NCBI RefSeq assembly: GCF_009834535.1 | Contig: NC_045698.1 | Span: 11,162,001-11,222,000 of the forward strand | From: Camelus ferus | Taxonomy: Eukaryota | Length of the DNA stretch: 60,000 nucleotides | Direction: 5' to 3' | Shown: positions 24,986-36,544 of the stretch, piece after piece | Numbering within the stretch: position 1 is the stretch's first letter | How the letters are laid out: every line of letters starts with the position of its first letter | Translations under genes and position numbers: made by a program | Notes under the pieces: generated by a model | The model's input: the letters and a program-made list of their open reading frames with translations, nothing else | The model's database searches: none | Told to the model about the DNA's origin: nothing

Positions 24986-27379
24986 CCTAACCACCCTGGT
25001 ACTGCCTTCATTTCTGTTAGCTACCAGGGTGGTCCCTGTGAGAGAAAGTTTTGGAAGCCAGAGACCTGGTCATTACAGATAGGATGCCGGGGACAAAAGC
25101 TGGGTGGCGGAGAGTGGGGGAGGAGGATGCTTCCAGAAGCAGGGCTGTGAGTGGTCACAGTGATGCTGCATGTATCTAGAAATTTTGGCAGGAGTCGGTA
25201 CCCAGCAGGACTTCTGTGCAAAGGCCTAGGAGGGTGTGTTTCTGAAGATCTCTCCTGCTAGGGAACATTGGCTCAATCTGTCGAAACAGGAACATTCTCC
25301 CAGATCACTCGTTTCTTTCCACCTCTCAGGGGTGCTCTAAATAAAAAATGTCCTCTCAAGATGTAAGCCTAGAAGCTTGGCAGGATTTTTCAAAGGCGAC
25401 TTTAATATTTTTATTTTCCCTTGAAGGAGGCTTGGAAAACTCATTTCCATCACTGAGCTGGTGGGACATCCCTGGAGCCTGGAATAAAAATCACGTAACC
25501 AGCGGCTCCTGGGACGTGGTTAATGGAGATGGTGTGATTGGTGACAAGGAGCCCAAGGTGATTTTGATTTTGCTAAATAAAAACGGACCACAGAGATGGA
25601 AATCTGGGGAGTACTGCTGAGACCTGAAAGGAGCCGTGAAGACATTCAGGCTGTGTCAGCCCGTTCATTTCACAGATGCTAAGAAGGGGACTCAGAGATC
25701 CCGAATAACCTCTTGCCCAAGCTGGGGAGTGGCCCGCAGGGAGACCCAGGGCTGCTGGCAAACTTATTTCTTTACTTGGCCATCCGACTGCTTTGAACCT
25801 TTTTGCTTCTGAAACTTGTTCAGCATTGAAAACAAGTTCAGATCTCCTTGTGGTGACCCCAGCTCTCCAAAACTCATCCCCTGAAAATGCCTTGCCCTCC
25901 ATTCTGGAGACTGCCCGCAGGCCATGAGACCGCCATCACCTTACACCTCACCTGGGTCCTGACTCAGGGGAGCCCACCTGGCCTTGAACTTGCCCACCCA
26001 CCATTTCTGACCTCCCCTTTCGAGTGGCTGAAACAGTTCAAGACTCGATTAAAACAGTAGCATCCCAGCAAATGCTAAAATTTAAATCTGGGCTCTTGGC
26101 CATACCAAACAGGGTGGGAGTTATTATTTTCCACCAGTTTTCAGTAAGATGAACGTCCACTTTTTTGGGTTGGGAGAATGAGGCGGGAAGCCTCTGACTG
26201 GGAAGCCCCTGCCTTTCATCTCTAAGTGTTTGTGTTGTACTCAGCGCGGCCACAAAATTGTCACTTTTAAGGCACAAGGACTTGATTAGAGAGAACCCCA
26301 CTGGGGGAAGCCCTGGCCGCTTACTTTGTGTCCATTTGCATGTCCCTTGCTTTCTCAGAACATGTACTTGACCCGGGAGCATCTGTGTTACCATGGAATC
26401 CCATTCCTTTAGCTGTTAGGCACCAACATTTGCATAGTTCCCCCTTTCAAGGCAGAGAGCCTTTGTGCTCTGTGAGCTTCTGTCTACAAAGCACAAGAAC
26501 GGTGCATTATTTCTGCATAATTATCTGACTGGTAGTAACACTAGGGGTCTGTCCTGTATGCATTATATGGGATATTATCAAGAGCAGGAATTTTACTCTT
26601 TTGGCATTGGAAGGGGATTTTAACAAACGGAAGAGTAAACCATTGCCCTGAGTCATTAAATGATTGCCCAGCCTCACGCTACGCGGTAGTGGCAGGATGG
26701 TGACTGGTGTTCCAGGCTGTACGGCCCTGTTGATCGTCATCTGCTTACTAAAATAATTTTAACTTTTTTTTTTTTTGGATAGGGGATATATCTTTAGCCA
26801 CTGCAAAAAAAAATTACATATTAAGGATTTTTCCAGAGAAATTCATTTTATGCCTATTGGTTTAATTTCTGGATTTGGAGGGCGGATTATGTTTTCGTGT
26901 ATGTGTGTTTATGTACGTGTGTGGGAATGCAGTACTTCTGATCGCTGCGCCTGTCATTGGCGGGCATTGGGGGAAGCTTGAAAATCAATTTCACTCTTGG
27001 CTCACATGGCCAATGGACGCCCCCGTTTCTTGTGTTCCAAAGAGTCTCACCGTCTCTTCCTCTTTCTTCAGTGTTCATCTCATTTTCATATCATCTTGCC
27101 TATTTCATGGTATCCCTTAGTCTTGGAGGGATTTGTAGATGTAAAACAGCTCATTTGATTTTCAAAAGCAGGCAAGGTGTTGCTTGTTACATCTGTCGAA
27201 AGCCTTCCACTTGTAAAGTGCTCTGACATATGGATTGTCTAGTTTGATGTTCATGAATCTGTGAGCTATTCATGATGGCAATTGCCCTTTTATTTTCAGA
27301 GCTCACTGTACTATGCCCGATACTGTCCTGGAGGTTTTTCCTATTATCCACTTTAATTCCATTAGCCATCATGTCATTT

Positions 27380-28440
27380 GATGAATGCTATTGGCCACTT
27401 CCTCCTGTTCTCATGGAAACACCTTCATCCTTGGCTCATGGCACACCAGTCTCCTGGTCTTGCCTCTGCCTCCCTGTGGACCATCCCCCTTTATGCCAAT
27501 CACTACCCACTGGCCACCCTTCACCTCTCCTCTCCTCACACCCTCATCTCTCCCTTGGCAGATTCACCTGTCCCCATGTCTTCCATTAAGACTACAGATT
27601 GATCTCCTTGACTCACAAATTGTCTCTGGTTTAGACCTGCTCACCAGGTTCTGCACGCACATGCTCCGTAGCCTTCTGAGATGAAACATCACTCTTGTCT
27701 TGGCTGTTTCAATACATCCTTAATCAAACTCATGTTTTTGCCTCTGTTCCTGGTTCTCTGCCCTGGACCTCCTTTGAAGCATCCTCTTACCTGGTCCACT
27801 CACATCCACTCCTGTCTCCTCCAATATACTCTCCACGGTGCAGCCAGCGTGATATTTTCAAAGGCAGATCTAACTTAACATCTTCTTATTTAAAACTAAT
27901 CATTGATCTTGGAATAAGTTTCTTAGAATAAAGATCAAAATACTCATCATGGCCCCCAACAGCCTCTGGCACTTTGACCCTAGCCCTCTTGTCCAGCTTC
28001 ATATCACATCACAGTTTCCCTTCTTCTCTCTATGATGCCTCCTTCCCACTTGTCTTTTCTTCAGCCATCGTATTTACCATGCTCCTTCTCTCCTAGGAAT
28101 CTTTGCAAATGATGCTCCCTTTGCCTAGAATGCTTTTCTCACCCCTCTTTGCCTTGTTAATCTTTACTTAGAGTCCCTCTCAGACTTTCTCTCAAGTCAG
28201 CCTCTTTCAAATATGTTTTTATTATATCATATCCTCCTGCAGTTGTAACACTTACCCAAGTTGTAATTTTATGTTTATTCGTATGATTGATTTATCCACC
28301 AAAGCTTATATAAGTCTTCTACTCTACCGTGAACTCACAGCAGTAGGGATATTTTCTGGAATGTCTAACCATTGCTTCTGCACCACCTAGCTAGTGCTTG
28401 GCAAATAGTAGACACTGGAGGAAAATGTATTGAACAAATA
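27380..28440 (+). mobile_element. L2 LINE 3' ~1 kb
   Basis: pyrimidine-rich body; ctccacggtgcagccagcgtgatattttcaaagg; ends agtgcttggcaaatagtagacact...tattgaacaaat. Confidence 0.85.
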
Positions 28441-28529
28441 TATAAATCCCCATTTTACTGATGAGGAAATGAGGCTTTTGAAGAGGTTAATTGAAAACTT
28501 ACTCATGTTTCTTAAACATGCATTGTTTA

Positions 28530-29060
28530 GTTGTAAATACTAGAATTCCCCACAAATTTGCCAAAGAAATGAGGGAAAAAAAAGGACATGGGGTAATTAT
28601 GTGGAATACAAGTATGGGACTTGAACCAGGAAGAGAACTCTTACCAGTAATGGGGAGGGTGGTGAAGTGCCTCTGTCTGTTCCTTCCTCTGTCCCTGTTC
28701 ACAGGCTCTTTTGCTGCCTCAGCATGTGGGGTTCTCATCCTTGCTCCTCTCTGTTCATCCTCACTATTCTGCTCGTTGAAATGGCCATACAGCTCCCCTT
28801 ATCATCCACATTCAAGATCTGGGGCCACCGAGCAACTGACTCACAGGGAAAAGCATGGGAAAGTCATCATGTTCCAAGTGAGTTCCTGGGAGAGAGATCA
28901 GATTGGCTGGGTCATGCCTCTGAATCATTTCTGCTTATTAGATGTCCCTCGTAGACCCACTCCATATCCAGTCTGCTCTGGGTGGGCCACCTGGTTCTGG
29001 TCTGAGAATAGGTTGGAAAAGATGATGGGCAGGGGTGGGCAGGCATCCTCCAAAGCATCT
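28530..29060 (-). mobile_element. Probable old ERVL/MaLR LTR (LTR33-like)
   Basis: ttcctgggagagagatcagattggctgggtca resembles old ERVL LTRs; highly degraded. Confidence 0.4.
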
Positions 29061-29249
29061 TCCATCCCAAAGATGGCAGAGTTGAAATGCTAGCTCTGTG
29101 GTCCTTTCATCTTGCTGCCTGGCGTATTCCCCCAATGTAAGCAATTCTCTGTTGAATTCACTTGCGAACTTTGAAATCCTCAGTAAAACTTGTGCTTTGA
29201 TGTGTGACAGTCATCTCTACCGGTTGTGACTCTGTATCTGCCAGTATCT

Positions 29250-29420
29250 TGAATGCATTTAAATGCTTCCTCTCACTAGGCTTCATAGTAGCCCAGTGAA
29301 GGGTAGGTACTGTTTTTCTCCCCTTTTCATGGGGTGAGAAAACTGAGAACAAGAGAAGTCAGGTAATTTGATGAAAAATGTGGCATTTGAAATCTTGTGC
29401 TGGCAAACGGACTCTTACAC
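29250..29420 (-). mobile_element. MIR SINE
   Basis: gtaggtactgtttttctcccctttt...tgagaaaactgagaacaagagaagtcaggtaatttg. Confidence 0.65.
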
Positions 29421-29437
29421 ACACTGACTGCTGTTTT

Positions 29438-29590
29438 AGAGCAGGGATACTTGAGGTGTGGTCTGCAGACCAGCGGCGTCAGCCTTACTTGGGAGCTTGT
29501 TAGAACTGCAGACCCTCAGGCCCCGCCAGAGGAGTGGATCACGACTGGCCCGTTCCCAGATCCCCAGCTCATCTGTGTACATGTTCAGGA
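29438..29590. mobile_element. MER5-like hAT-Charlie MITE
   Basis: gtgtggtctgcagaccagcggcgtcagccttacttgggagcttgttagaactgcaga. Confidence 0.75.
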
Positions 29591-30658
29591 TCCAGGATCT
29601 GATTTGATTCTAATTCTGCTCTAAGACTCTCCCTGTGGAAGGTGATTGAAATCACAATTCCCCTTTTGGTCATTTGTAGAATGATGACAATGAGTGTATA
29701 TGAACAAATACATGTTAAAACATCTGGTGCCTTCCGGGCATTCTTAAAATGTGACTCAATGAAATACTTTTAGAGGGAAAAAAATGAGAGTCACACTGTG
29801 AAATGTGTAATCCTCGGTGAAAACAAATATTGTTTACTTCCCTCCCAGATGAGATATGACTCAAAGTGACTGGACGGTACAGACATCTCCAAAATATATT
29901 TTCCTCATATTCTTGCTTTAAAGGGAGCTGCCCCTCTGCTTTCTGTTCATCTGTATTTAACTGGTAATCAACAGACCTTTCACCAATTCTTCTTAACTTA
30001 AACACAAAAAGAAAACATGTGTGTCACACACATACACGCACATACCATAAAACATTACGTCAGAGATACCAAATTTTCACGTCTACTGCAGAGGCCCCCT
30101 ATGTTCCCTAGGAATTAAGAGCCTGTGTTGTAGGCCTGGCTGTACAACCGGAGGGCAGATATCTAATGTGTGGACCACGTGGGGAGCAGAAGTCAAAGTC
30201 GGGGGCTGTGTTGCAGTTGGGGTGTCCTGAGCTCAGGAATGGAGGAGCTTACCAGGCATCCTGATTCGGGCCGTTGCCTGCATTGGCGGCCCAGTGATGG
30301 CCTGGCTGGGGGTGTAGGGCCCTCTGTGATCCTCTTGGCCTTCCCCCAGAGACACAGTTGCCGGTACACAGTGTGCGCAGGAGGCAGAACCAGGAAAGGA
30401 AATTTCTTCTTATGCCCTTTTTAATCAGGAAGAAAATACTGTTTCCAGAACCCTGCTCCTCCCCTACTTCATGATAGTCAATTAGTCAGAGCTGGTCACA
30501 GCCCTGAGATAAGGGCTCTCTACTGGGTACAGGAACAAAGTTGGGGATTGGTTAGCAGAGAAGGGCAGACGGATGGACCCAAAGCAGTGCCCACAGAGAG
30601 AGAGAGAGAGAGAGAGATGCCTTTTTACTTGACATAAAAATAAGGTATACTCTCTCAG

Positions 30659-30751
30659 TGTATTAGTTAGGCTTCTCTGGAGAAACAGAACCAATAAGGT
30701 ATGTGTATATAATATAAGGCAAATTTTACGTTACATATATTTCACTGGAAT

Positions 30752-30785
<34 letters not shown>

Positions 30786-31298
30786 CACACACGTACATGT
30801 ACATATATATATATACATATATATATCTATACGTACATATATACCATTGGTCTGTTTCTTTAGAGAACCCTAATACACCTGGAGATTACACCTTAATAAT
30901 AGAGATTAATCATGAGATTTATTATGAGGAATTAGCTCATATGATTTCAGAGGCTGAGAAGATCCAAGATGTGCTGTTGGCAAGCTGGACACTCAAAAAA
31001 GTCAGTGGTATAGTTCAGTCTGAGTCTGAAGGTCTGAGAAGTGGGAGCACCAGATGTGTAAGTGCCTTTTTGAAGGCAGAAAACTGATGGCCCAGGTCTG
31101 CCTTTTTCTATCCAGGCCCTCAGACAGCTGGGTGATATCTCCCACATTGGGGAGGGCAGTCTGCCTGCCTCAGTCTACCAGTCCTACTGCTCATCTCTCG
31201 CAGAAATGGGCTCACAGGCTGACCAAGAAAGAACACTTCAACGGGTAACTGAGCATCCTGTGACTCAGGCAGGGTGGCACGTAAAATTGATCATCACA
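30659..31298 (-). mobile_element. MLT2B-like ERVL LTR with internal (TA)n tract and an inverted LTR terminus
   Basis: tgtattagttaggcttctctggagaaacagaaccaata...gagatttattatgaggaattagctcat...gtaaaattgatcatcaca. Confidence 0.85.
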
Positions 31299-31637
31299 CT
31301 AGGATTGTGAGATGGATCAAGATAGGAGAATAGAAAGGCTGATAAAAGCTATGTTTTTTTGTTTTTGTTTTTGTTTTTTTGTTACCACATACATATATCA
31401 GTATACTCAGAACAAAGTTATTTTGTATTTCAGTCAATCAGATTTTTAGACTCCTCTCCACCTTCCACATTCATGACTGTATCTGGTCTGGAAAAAGTCC
31501 CTGATCAGTTATGAGCTAAGAATATTGATACCTCTTTTACTGTGGCAAATCAGAAAGGAAGTAAAGTATATATATTAACCTTGTTTTAGAATTGTCCCCA
31601 TCTTGATGATATTAAGAAATAGCTTACCTCTCTTTTT

Positions 31638-31828
31638 AAAATTAAAAAAAAAATTTTCTTTTACTCTTTTTTTGTGTGTGCGTGGGGGGGTAATTAGGTT
31701 TATTTATTTATTCATTTTTATATCTTATTTTGTTATTATTTTTTTTTAACAGAGGTACTGGGGATTGAACCCAGGACCTCATGCATGCTAAGTATGCACT
31801 CTTCCGCTGAGCTACACCCTCCCACCCA
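31638..31828 (-). mobile_element. Camelid tRNA-derived SINE (Vic-1-like)
   Basis: ggggggtaattaggtttattt...aggtactggggattgaacccaggacctcatgcatgctaag...ctgagctacaccctccc; homologous to 1721-1892. Confidence 0.8.
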
Positions 31829-32579
31829 ACCTCTTTTTTTGAAGCTCAAGTTGTGTGGAACGCAACCCTTCTCAACTTTGAGGTGACATTTTAGAGCAAG
31901 AACCAATAATCAAAATGAGAAGTCAGTAAAGAAGCCAGGTTCTTAATTCCGCCTGAAATAAAACATTATGTCATTCATGTGCAGGGGCTTTTTATTTATT
32001 GGGCTTTATCAGCATAGTTCTTAAGCCCTACAAACGTATTAAATACAGAAATGAGAGCATAACATTACAATTAATGAAGATTGAATTAAGAGTCTGAAAT
32101 GTATCATAGCAACACAATGCAGTTCAGTTTTACATGATGATATTCAAAGTGAGCTGTGGGTCATTTTGAACTCATGTCCTACACGATGACATTTCCAAAA
32201 GTAAGAGGAGTAAGGCGCATGAAGGACTTAAAATGAGCGCGATTACACCTTTCATAAAAAAGAACCTTACTTTACTTTTTATTAGCTCCTCTTTCAGTGC
32301 CTTGGGCACAGGAGTTGGGTGTGCTGTATCCAAAGTTGTGGGGTCTGAAAGCTGTAGAGGTAACTGAAGGAAAGATGCCGGAGAATCTTGTATTCCACTG
32401 AGTGGAGAAGGCCCTTGGATCTGCTGACCCTGTTTGATCCCTGGAAATCCACGGAGCCTTGGGTGATGAGATGATGGCTTGGAGACAAGCAGCCAGAGGA
32501 CCCCAGCTCTCCCCACTCTCCCGCAGTCCAGTGTATAGCGCTTGAATTATGCTGAGAAGAGATTACCATAAAACCGTAA

Positions 32580-32860
32580 AATCAAGGACAAAAGGACAAG
32601 TACTGTATGATTCCACCTCTGTGGAATCTCTAGATCAGGTAACTCCGTAGAGACAGAAAGCAGATTAGAAATGACCAGGGGCTGGGTGAAGGGGTAAAGG
32701 GGAGTCGTTGCTTTAGGGGGACAGAGTTTCAGTTTAGGGTGATGACAAATCTAGGAAATGGTGGAGAAGGTTGCACAACATTGTAAGTGTAGTTAATGCC
32801 ACTGGATTGTACACTTAAAATGTTTAAAATGGCAAGTTTTTAACCAAAATTTTTTTAAAA
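32580..32860 (+). mobile_element. L1MB-like 3' UTR end
   Basis: aaaaggacaagtactgtatgattccac...agagacagaaagcagattag...ttaatgccactggattgtacacttaaaat. Confidence 0.88.
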
Positions 32861-33400
32861 AGTGGAGAAAGAACCTGCAGTGGAATCTTGCACAGTGAAG
32901 CTCTTACTAATGCCATCAGCTGCTCTCTTCAAGGTGCTGAGGAGGTTGGGCTGGCTTTTCCTTTGCTTTCTGAGAGGATAAATTGTCACTTCCCTTCAGA
33001 ACACAGAGCACAGTGTCTGGCTCTTGCCCTGGTGTTCACTGCTGCCCGGCCAGTGGGAGCCGGCCAAGGGGATCACGCGGGAGCCAGGCGAGGTTGGGCT
33101 CTATCTGGCATGTGTGGTTTCTGAGTACCCAGCGTGCTCTGCCCAAGGGATTGGATATGGAAATAGTCCGTTCTCTGCCTCTGGATTCCAAAAATAAACC
33201 CAAGGCTCCTGAGTAAACTGGAGCCGCTCACCAAGACCCAAGCAATGACACCTCCTTGTAGGTGAGCCTGCAACACCCTTTGGGTGTTTGGAATTAAACC
33301 CACATTGAGTGGTGTCCAAGTCAGATTCATTTTATGGAGAATTATTTTCTCCTCTTATACAGAGGTTGCTTTTTCATTCTTTAGAGTCTCAGACATAAAT

Positions 33401-33403
<3 letters not shown>

Positions 33404-33461
<58 letters not shown>
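33404..33461. repeat. (GT)29 microsatellite
   Basis: directly visible. Confidence 0.98.
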
Positions 33462-33462
<1 letters not shown>

Positions 33463-34009
33463 CATGTGCATGCGTGTAGGAAAGCCTCTAAGCATCTGCA
33501 GTTCAGGCATTTGTGATGGCAGGTTAGGAGCAGGGACCTGGAGCTGAGCTGTCCTCCCTGTGGGAGCCTGTCAAGGGACTGGACTCCCCAGGGGGTTGTT
33601 ACAGGAATTAAATGAATACATTAATACAGACGAAGCACTCAAGACACAGTAGGTACTCAGTGGACATGAGCCTTTATTATTAACGGTCATAGTGCTGGTC
33701 TGAGTGGCAGTGTTTGCCTGTTTGGACGCTGTGTAAGAAGCGAGTTGTGTTTTGGGAAGAAGAGTGCATAGGAAGATAACATAAAAGGTGGAAATGAGGG
33801 CACGTTAGGAAGACAAAGTGTTGAGACGTGACACGTGTCGGAAATAACTAGAAACCCTTCAACCTATTGTCATTCAGTTTAATCTAAAGTGAGATTGTGG
33901 AAGGGCCATGGTCATGTACAGATAACAACCCTTTGTAGACCACAGAGTCATGGAGCTGACAATGGAAAATATCAATGCAGTAGAAACTCACATCTATATG
34001 CTTATATAT

Positions 34010-34011
<2 letters not shown>

Positions 34012-34045
<34 letters not shown>
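34012..34045. repeat. (GT)17 microsatellite
   Basis: directly visible. Confidence 0.98.
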
Positions 34046-34047
<2 letters not shown>

Positions 34048-34139
34048 CATAAAAGGTCCCTGGCTGCATAGTCGAACTTCCTTAATTTGTAAATGGAAAA
34101 ATATTATGTAGAATCTAAGTGACTGGCCCTAAGTAACAT

Positions 34140-34342
34140 TCACTAGATACACACTACCATATATGAAATAGATAAACAACAAGGTCCTACTGTATGGCAC
34201 AGGGAACTATATTCAGTACCTTGTAATAGGCTATAATGAAAAAGAATATGAAAAGGAATGTATATGTATAACTGAATCACTATGCTGTACACCAGAAATT
34301 AACACGACATTGTAAATTGACTATACTTCAGTTAAAAAAAAA
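34140..34342 (+). mobile_element. Artiodactyl-type L1 3' end with A tail
   Basis: aaatagataaacaacaaggtcctactgtatggcacagggaactatattcagtacc...ttgtaaattgactatacttcagttaaaaaaaaa. Confidence 0.9.
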
Positions 34343-34689
34343 GTGATCTTGAAATCTCTTATTGAAGGCCCTTTTCATTATTCTGTGGGACAGTTTTACA
34401 CACCTCCTGTGAACAAGGGACTAAAACCTTATATTGCCAAGCTCCTAATTGATCAGAATGTACCTAGTATTTGATGAAGCAGAACATCTGTCAGAAAGAA
34501 AAAAAAAGTGAAGGAGATTAATGGAGTTAAGGCAAAAGTTTGAAAGATTTGCAGCGTTCATGTAATTGCGTTGGCAGTAACACACCTGGCTGCATGAATG
34601 ATAACTATTCATGCTGATGTTAAGAGCTAGAACTGATACTGGACAATGGAAGGTGAGGCTTATTCAGCAGTTCACGTTGTGTTTTTTCT

Positions 34690-34950
34690 TTATTTCCCCC
34701 TTGCCCGAGAACGAACTGCTCATCCCTCTTGTGACTTAACGTAGAACCCAGCCCCGTCGGGCACCATCATTTTCATTGTTTGAGGGTAGCCCTGGTACCT
34801 GCACACACGGCATGATTGTTACCTACACTCCTTAACGCTGGCAGATAAGCTTGCTGAGGGCATCTTAGACATGTTTGTACCGTCCTGTGCACCCAGCAAA
34901 TATTTTGCACTTTGCTGCTACTCGGTAACTGTTTCTGAATGAATAACGGA
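34690..34950 (+). mobile_element. L2 3' fragment
   Basis: agataagcttgctgagggca...ctactcggtaactgtttctgaatgaat. Confidence 0.5.
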
Positions 34951-35429
34951 TGGATATATAGTAGAACAGATTAGCTCATGCCTTTGTAGACAGTGGATTC
35001 TTAATAGAACCTACCCAAGTGACTTTAATATTTAATAAAATATTTCCTTTGGTTCCTGCTTCAAGCTTCCAAATTCTACTTAAGCTGTTAAGATTATTTT
35101 CTTTAAAATATTATTAACAATTAAAGAAAAATGTTTAGCTTGGTAATTGGCAGTGGCAAATGAACTATAGGTTTAAAATTATATAAATCAAGTGACCATT
35201 GGAGACCATTTCCGTCAACCACTGTCAAAAGAAGTTTTTAGTACAGCAGATGGTTCTTGTCTGACCAGCTGCCTCCGGGGGGTTCCATCGCCCCGCCCAC
35301 CTTGCTCCTCTGTCCAGGACCTCATCCCCTCCTGCTGCCTCATCTCTTGTCAGGTTTGACTTTCTCACCAGACGGTAGGCTCCTTAAGTGACTTCATATT
35401 TTCATATTAATCATGAAATTCATAAGCAT

Positions 35430-35805
35430 GTTTACTACTCATATGAAATATGGGGAATGCTAATAAAATGCAAACCCACAGCGCAGTTTAGGGAACAGAA
35501 TGTTACCAGCACATTCTGATCCTCTCTATGCCTTCTGCAAATCCACGCCCTCTCCAGGTCACCTGCATCCAGATTTTGTGTTTATCACGTCTTGCTTATT
35601 CTCTTTACAGTTTTTTTCTACTTATCTCTGTACTTTTGTAGTGTGTACTTATGTAGCACTTTTGCATGTTTGGAATCTAATGTAAATGGGATCACATTGC
35701 ATGTATTCTTGCATATCTTGCTTTTTTCCATCAGCATTCTAGTTAGGAGAATTGCTCATGTTGAAGCGCATAGCTGCAAGTCTTTCATTTTCATTGACTG
35801 TTTTT
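35430..35805 (-). mobile_element. L1ME-like fragment
   Basis: aatgggatcacattgcatgtattcttgcatatcttgcttttttccatcagcatt. Confidence 0.65.
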
Positions 35806-35844
35806 AGCAACTTCTTGCCTGTCTGTCCCCCTAACCTTTATTCC

Positions 35845-36055
35845 ACATACGTTTACTGGATTTTGTTTCTGTGCGAGACACTGTTCTAGGCTCTGTGGAC
35901 AAGACGCCGCAGTAAATAAAACAGTATCAAAATTCTTGCCCTCGTGGAGCTCAAGTTTCTGGTGGGAACACAGATGCTAAACAGAATGAATTGTTACAGT
36001 ATTCACATATTCGACGTTAATAATTGCTGTGCAGAAGCATAAAGCCTGACAGAGG
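35845..36055 (-). mobile_element. L2 3' end, interrupted by the LTR at 36056
   Basis: gacactgttctaggctctgtgga...cttgccctcgtggagctcaagtttctggtggga; appears to resume after 36548. Confidence 0.75.
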
Positions 36056-36544
36056 TGTCGACTGAAATGAAATGCACAGCCTAAACATGGAGAATTATGT
36101 TTTATTTGGCGGACTTTCTGAGGACTCAGCCCAGGAGGACAGCTTCGCAGATGGCTCTGAGGGACTGCTCTGAAGAGGTAGGGGAGGAGCCAGGATGTAT
36201 AGTTTTTCCAACAAAGACCAGGTAGTCGGAACATCAAAAGATTCCAGACATCTCAAGTTAAAGAATTTAGCACTTTTCTATGTATGAGAAGGTGCAAAAG
36301 GCCTGGGCTCATTGAAATCATTCCTTTGATGTGCACCTAGCTGTCTTGGGCCAGTGTCCTGTTCTTTCCACATTTTGAGTTCCCCCAGCGGGCATCGTTG
36401 GGGGTGGCTGCAGAGGCTGGGCTGCCTGCTTGTCTGCATCCTGAGTTCCCTCTGCTCACTGTCAGGGTGAAGGTGGCGGCTGATGACTTGATGGCCACAG
36501 CATCCTTTGTTTACTGATATGGCTGGCAATATTTTTCATTCACA
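36056..36544 (-). mobile_element. ERV1-class solo LTR (MER41-like)
   Basis: TG...CA ends; perfect TSD gagg at 36052-36055 and 36545-36548; homologous to 8224-8669. Confidence 0.88.

Noticed and set aside
28491..29093. Longest ORF (200 aa)
   Set aside because: Starts at a non-ATG codon, overlies probable degraded LTR sequence, and has no recognisable domain or splice context
8224..36544. Possible provirus bounded by the two similar LTRs
   Set aside because: Each LTR has its own TSD, they are 28 kb apart, and no gag/pol/env-like sequence is evident between them
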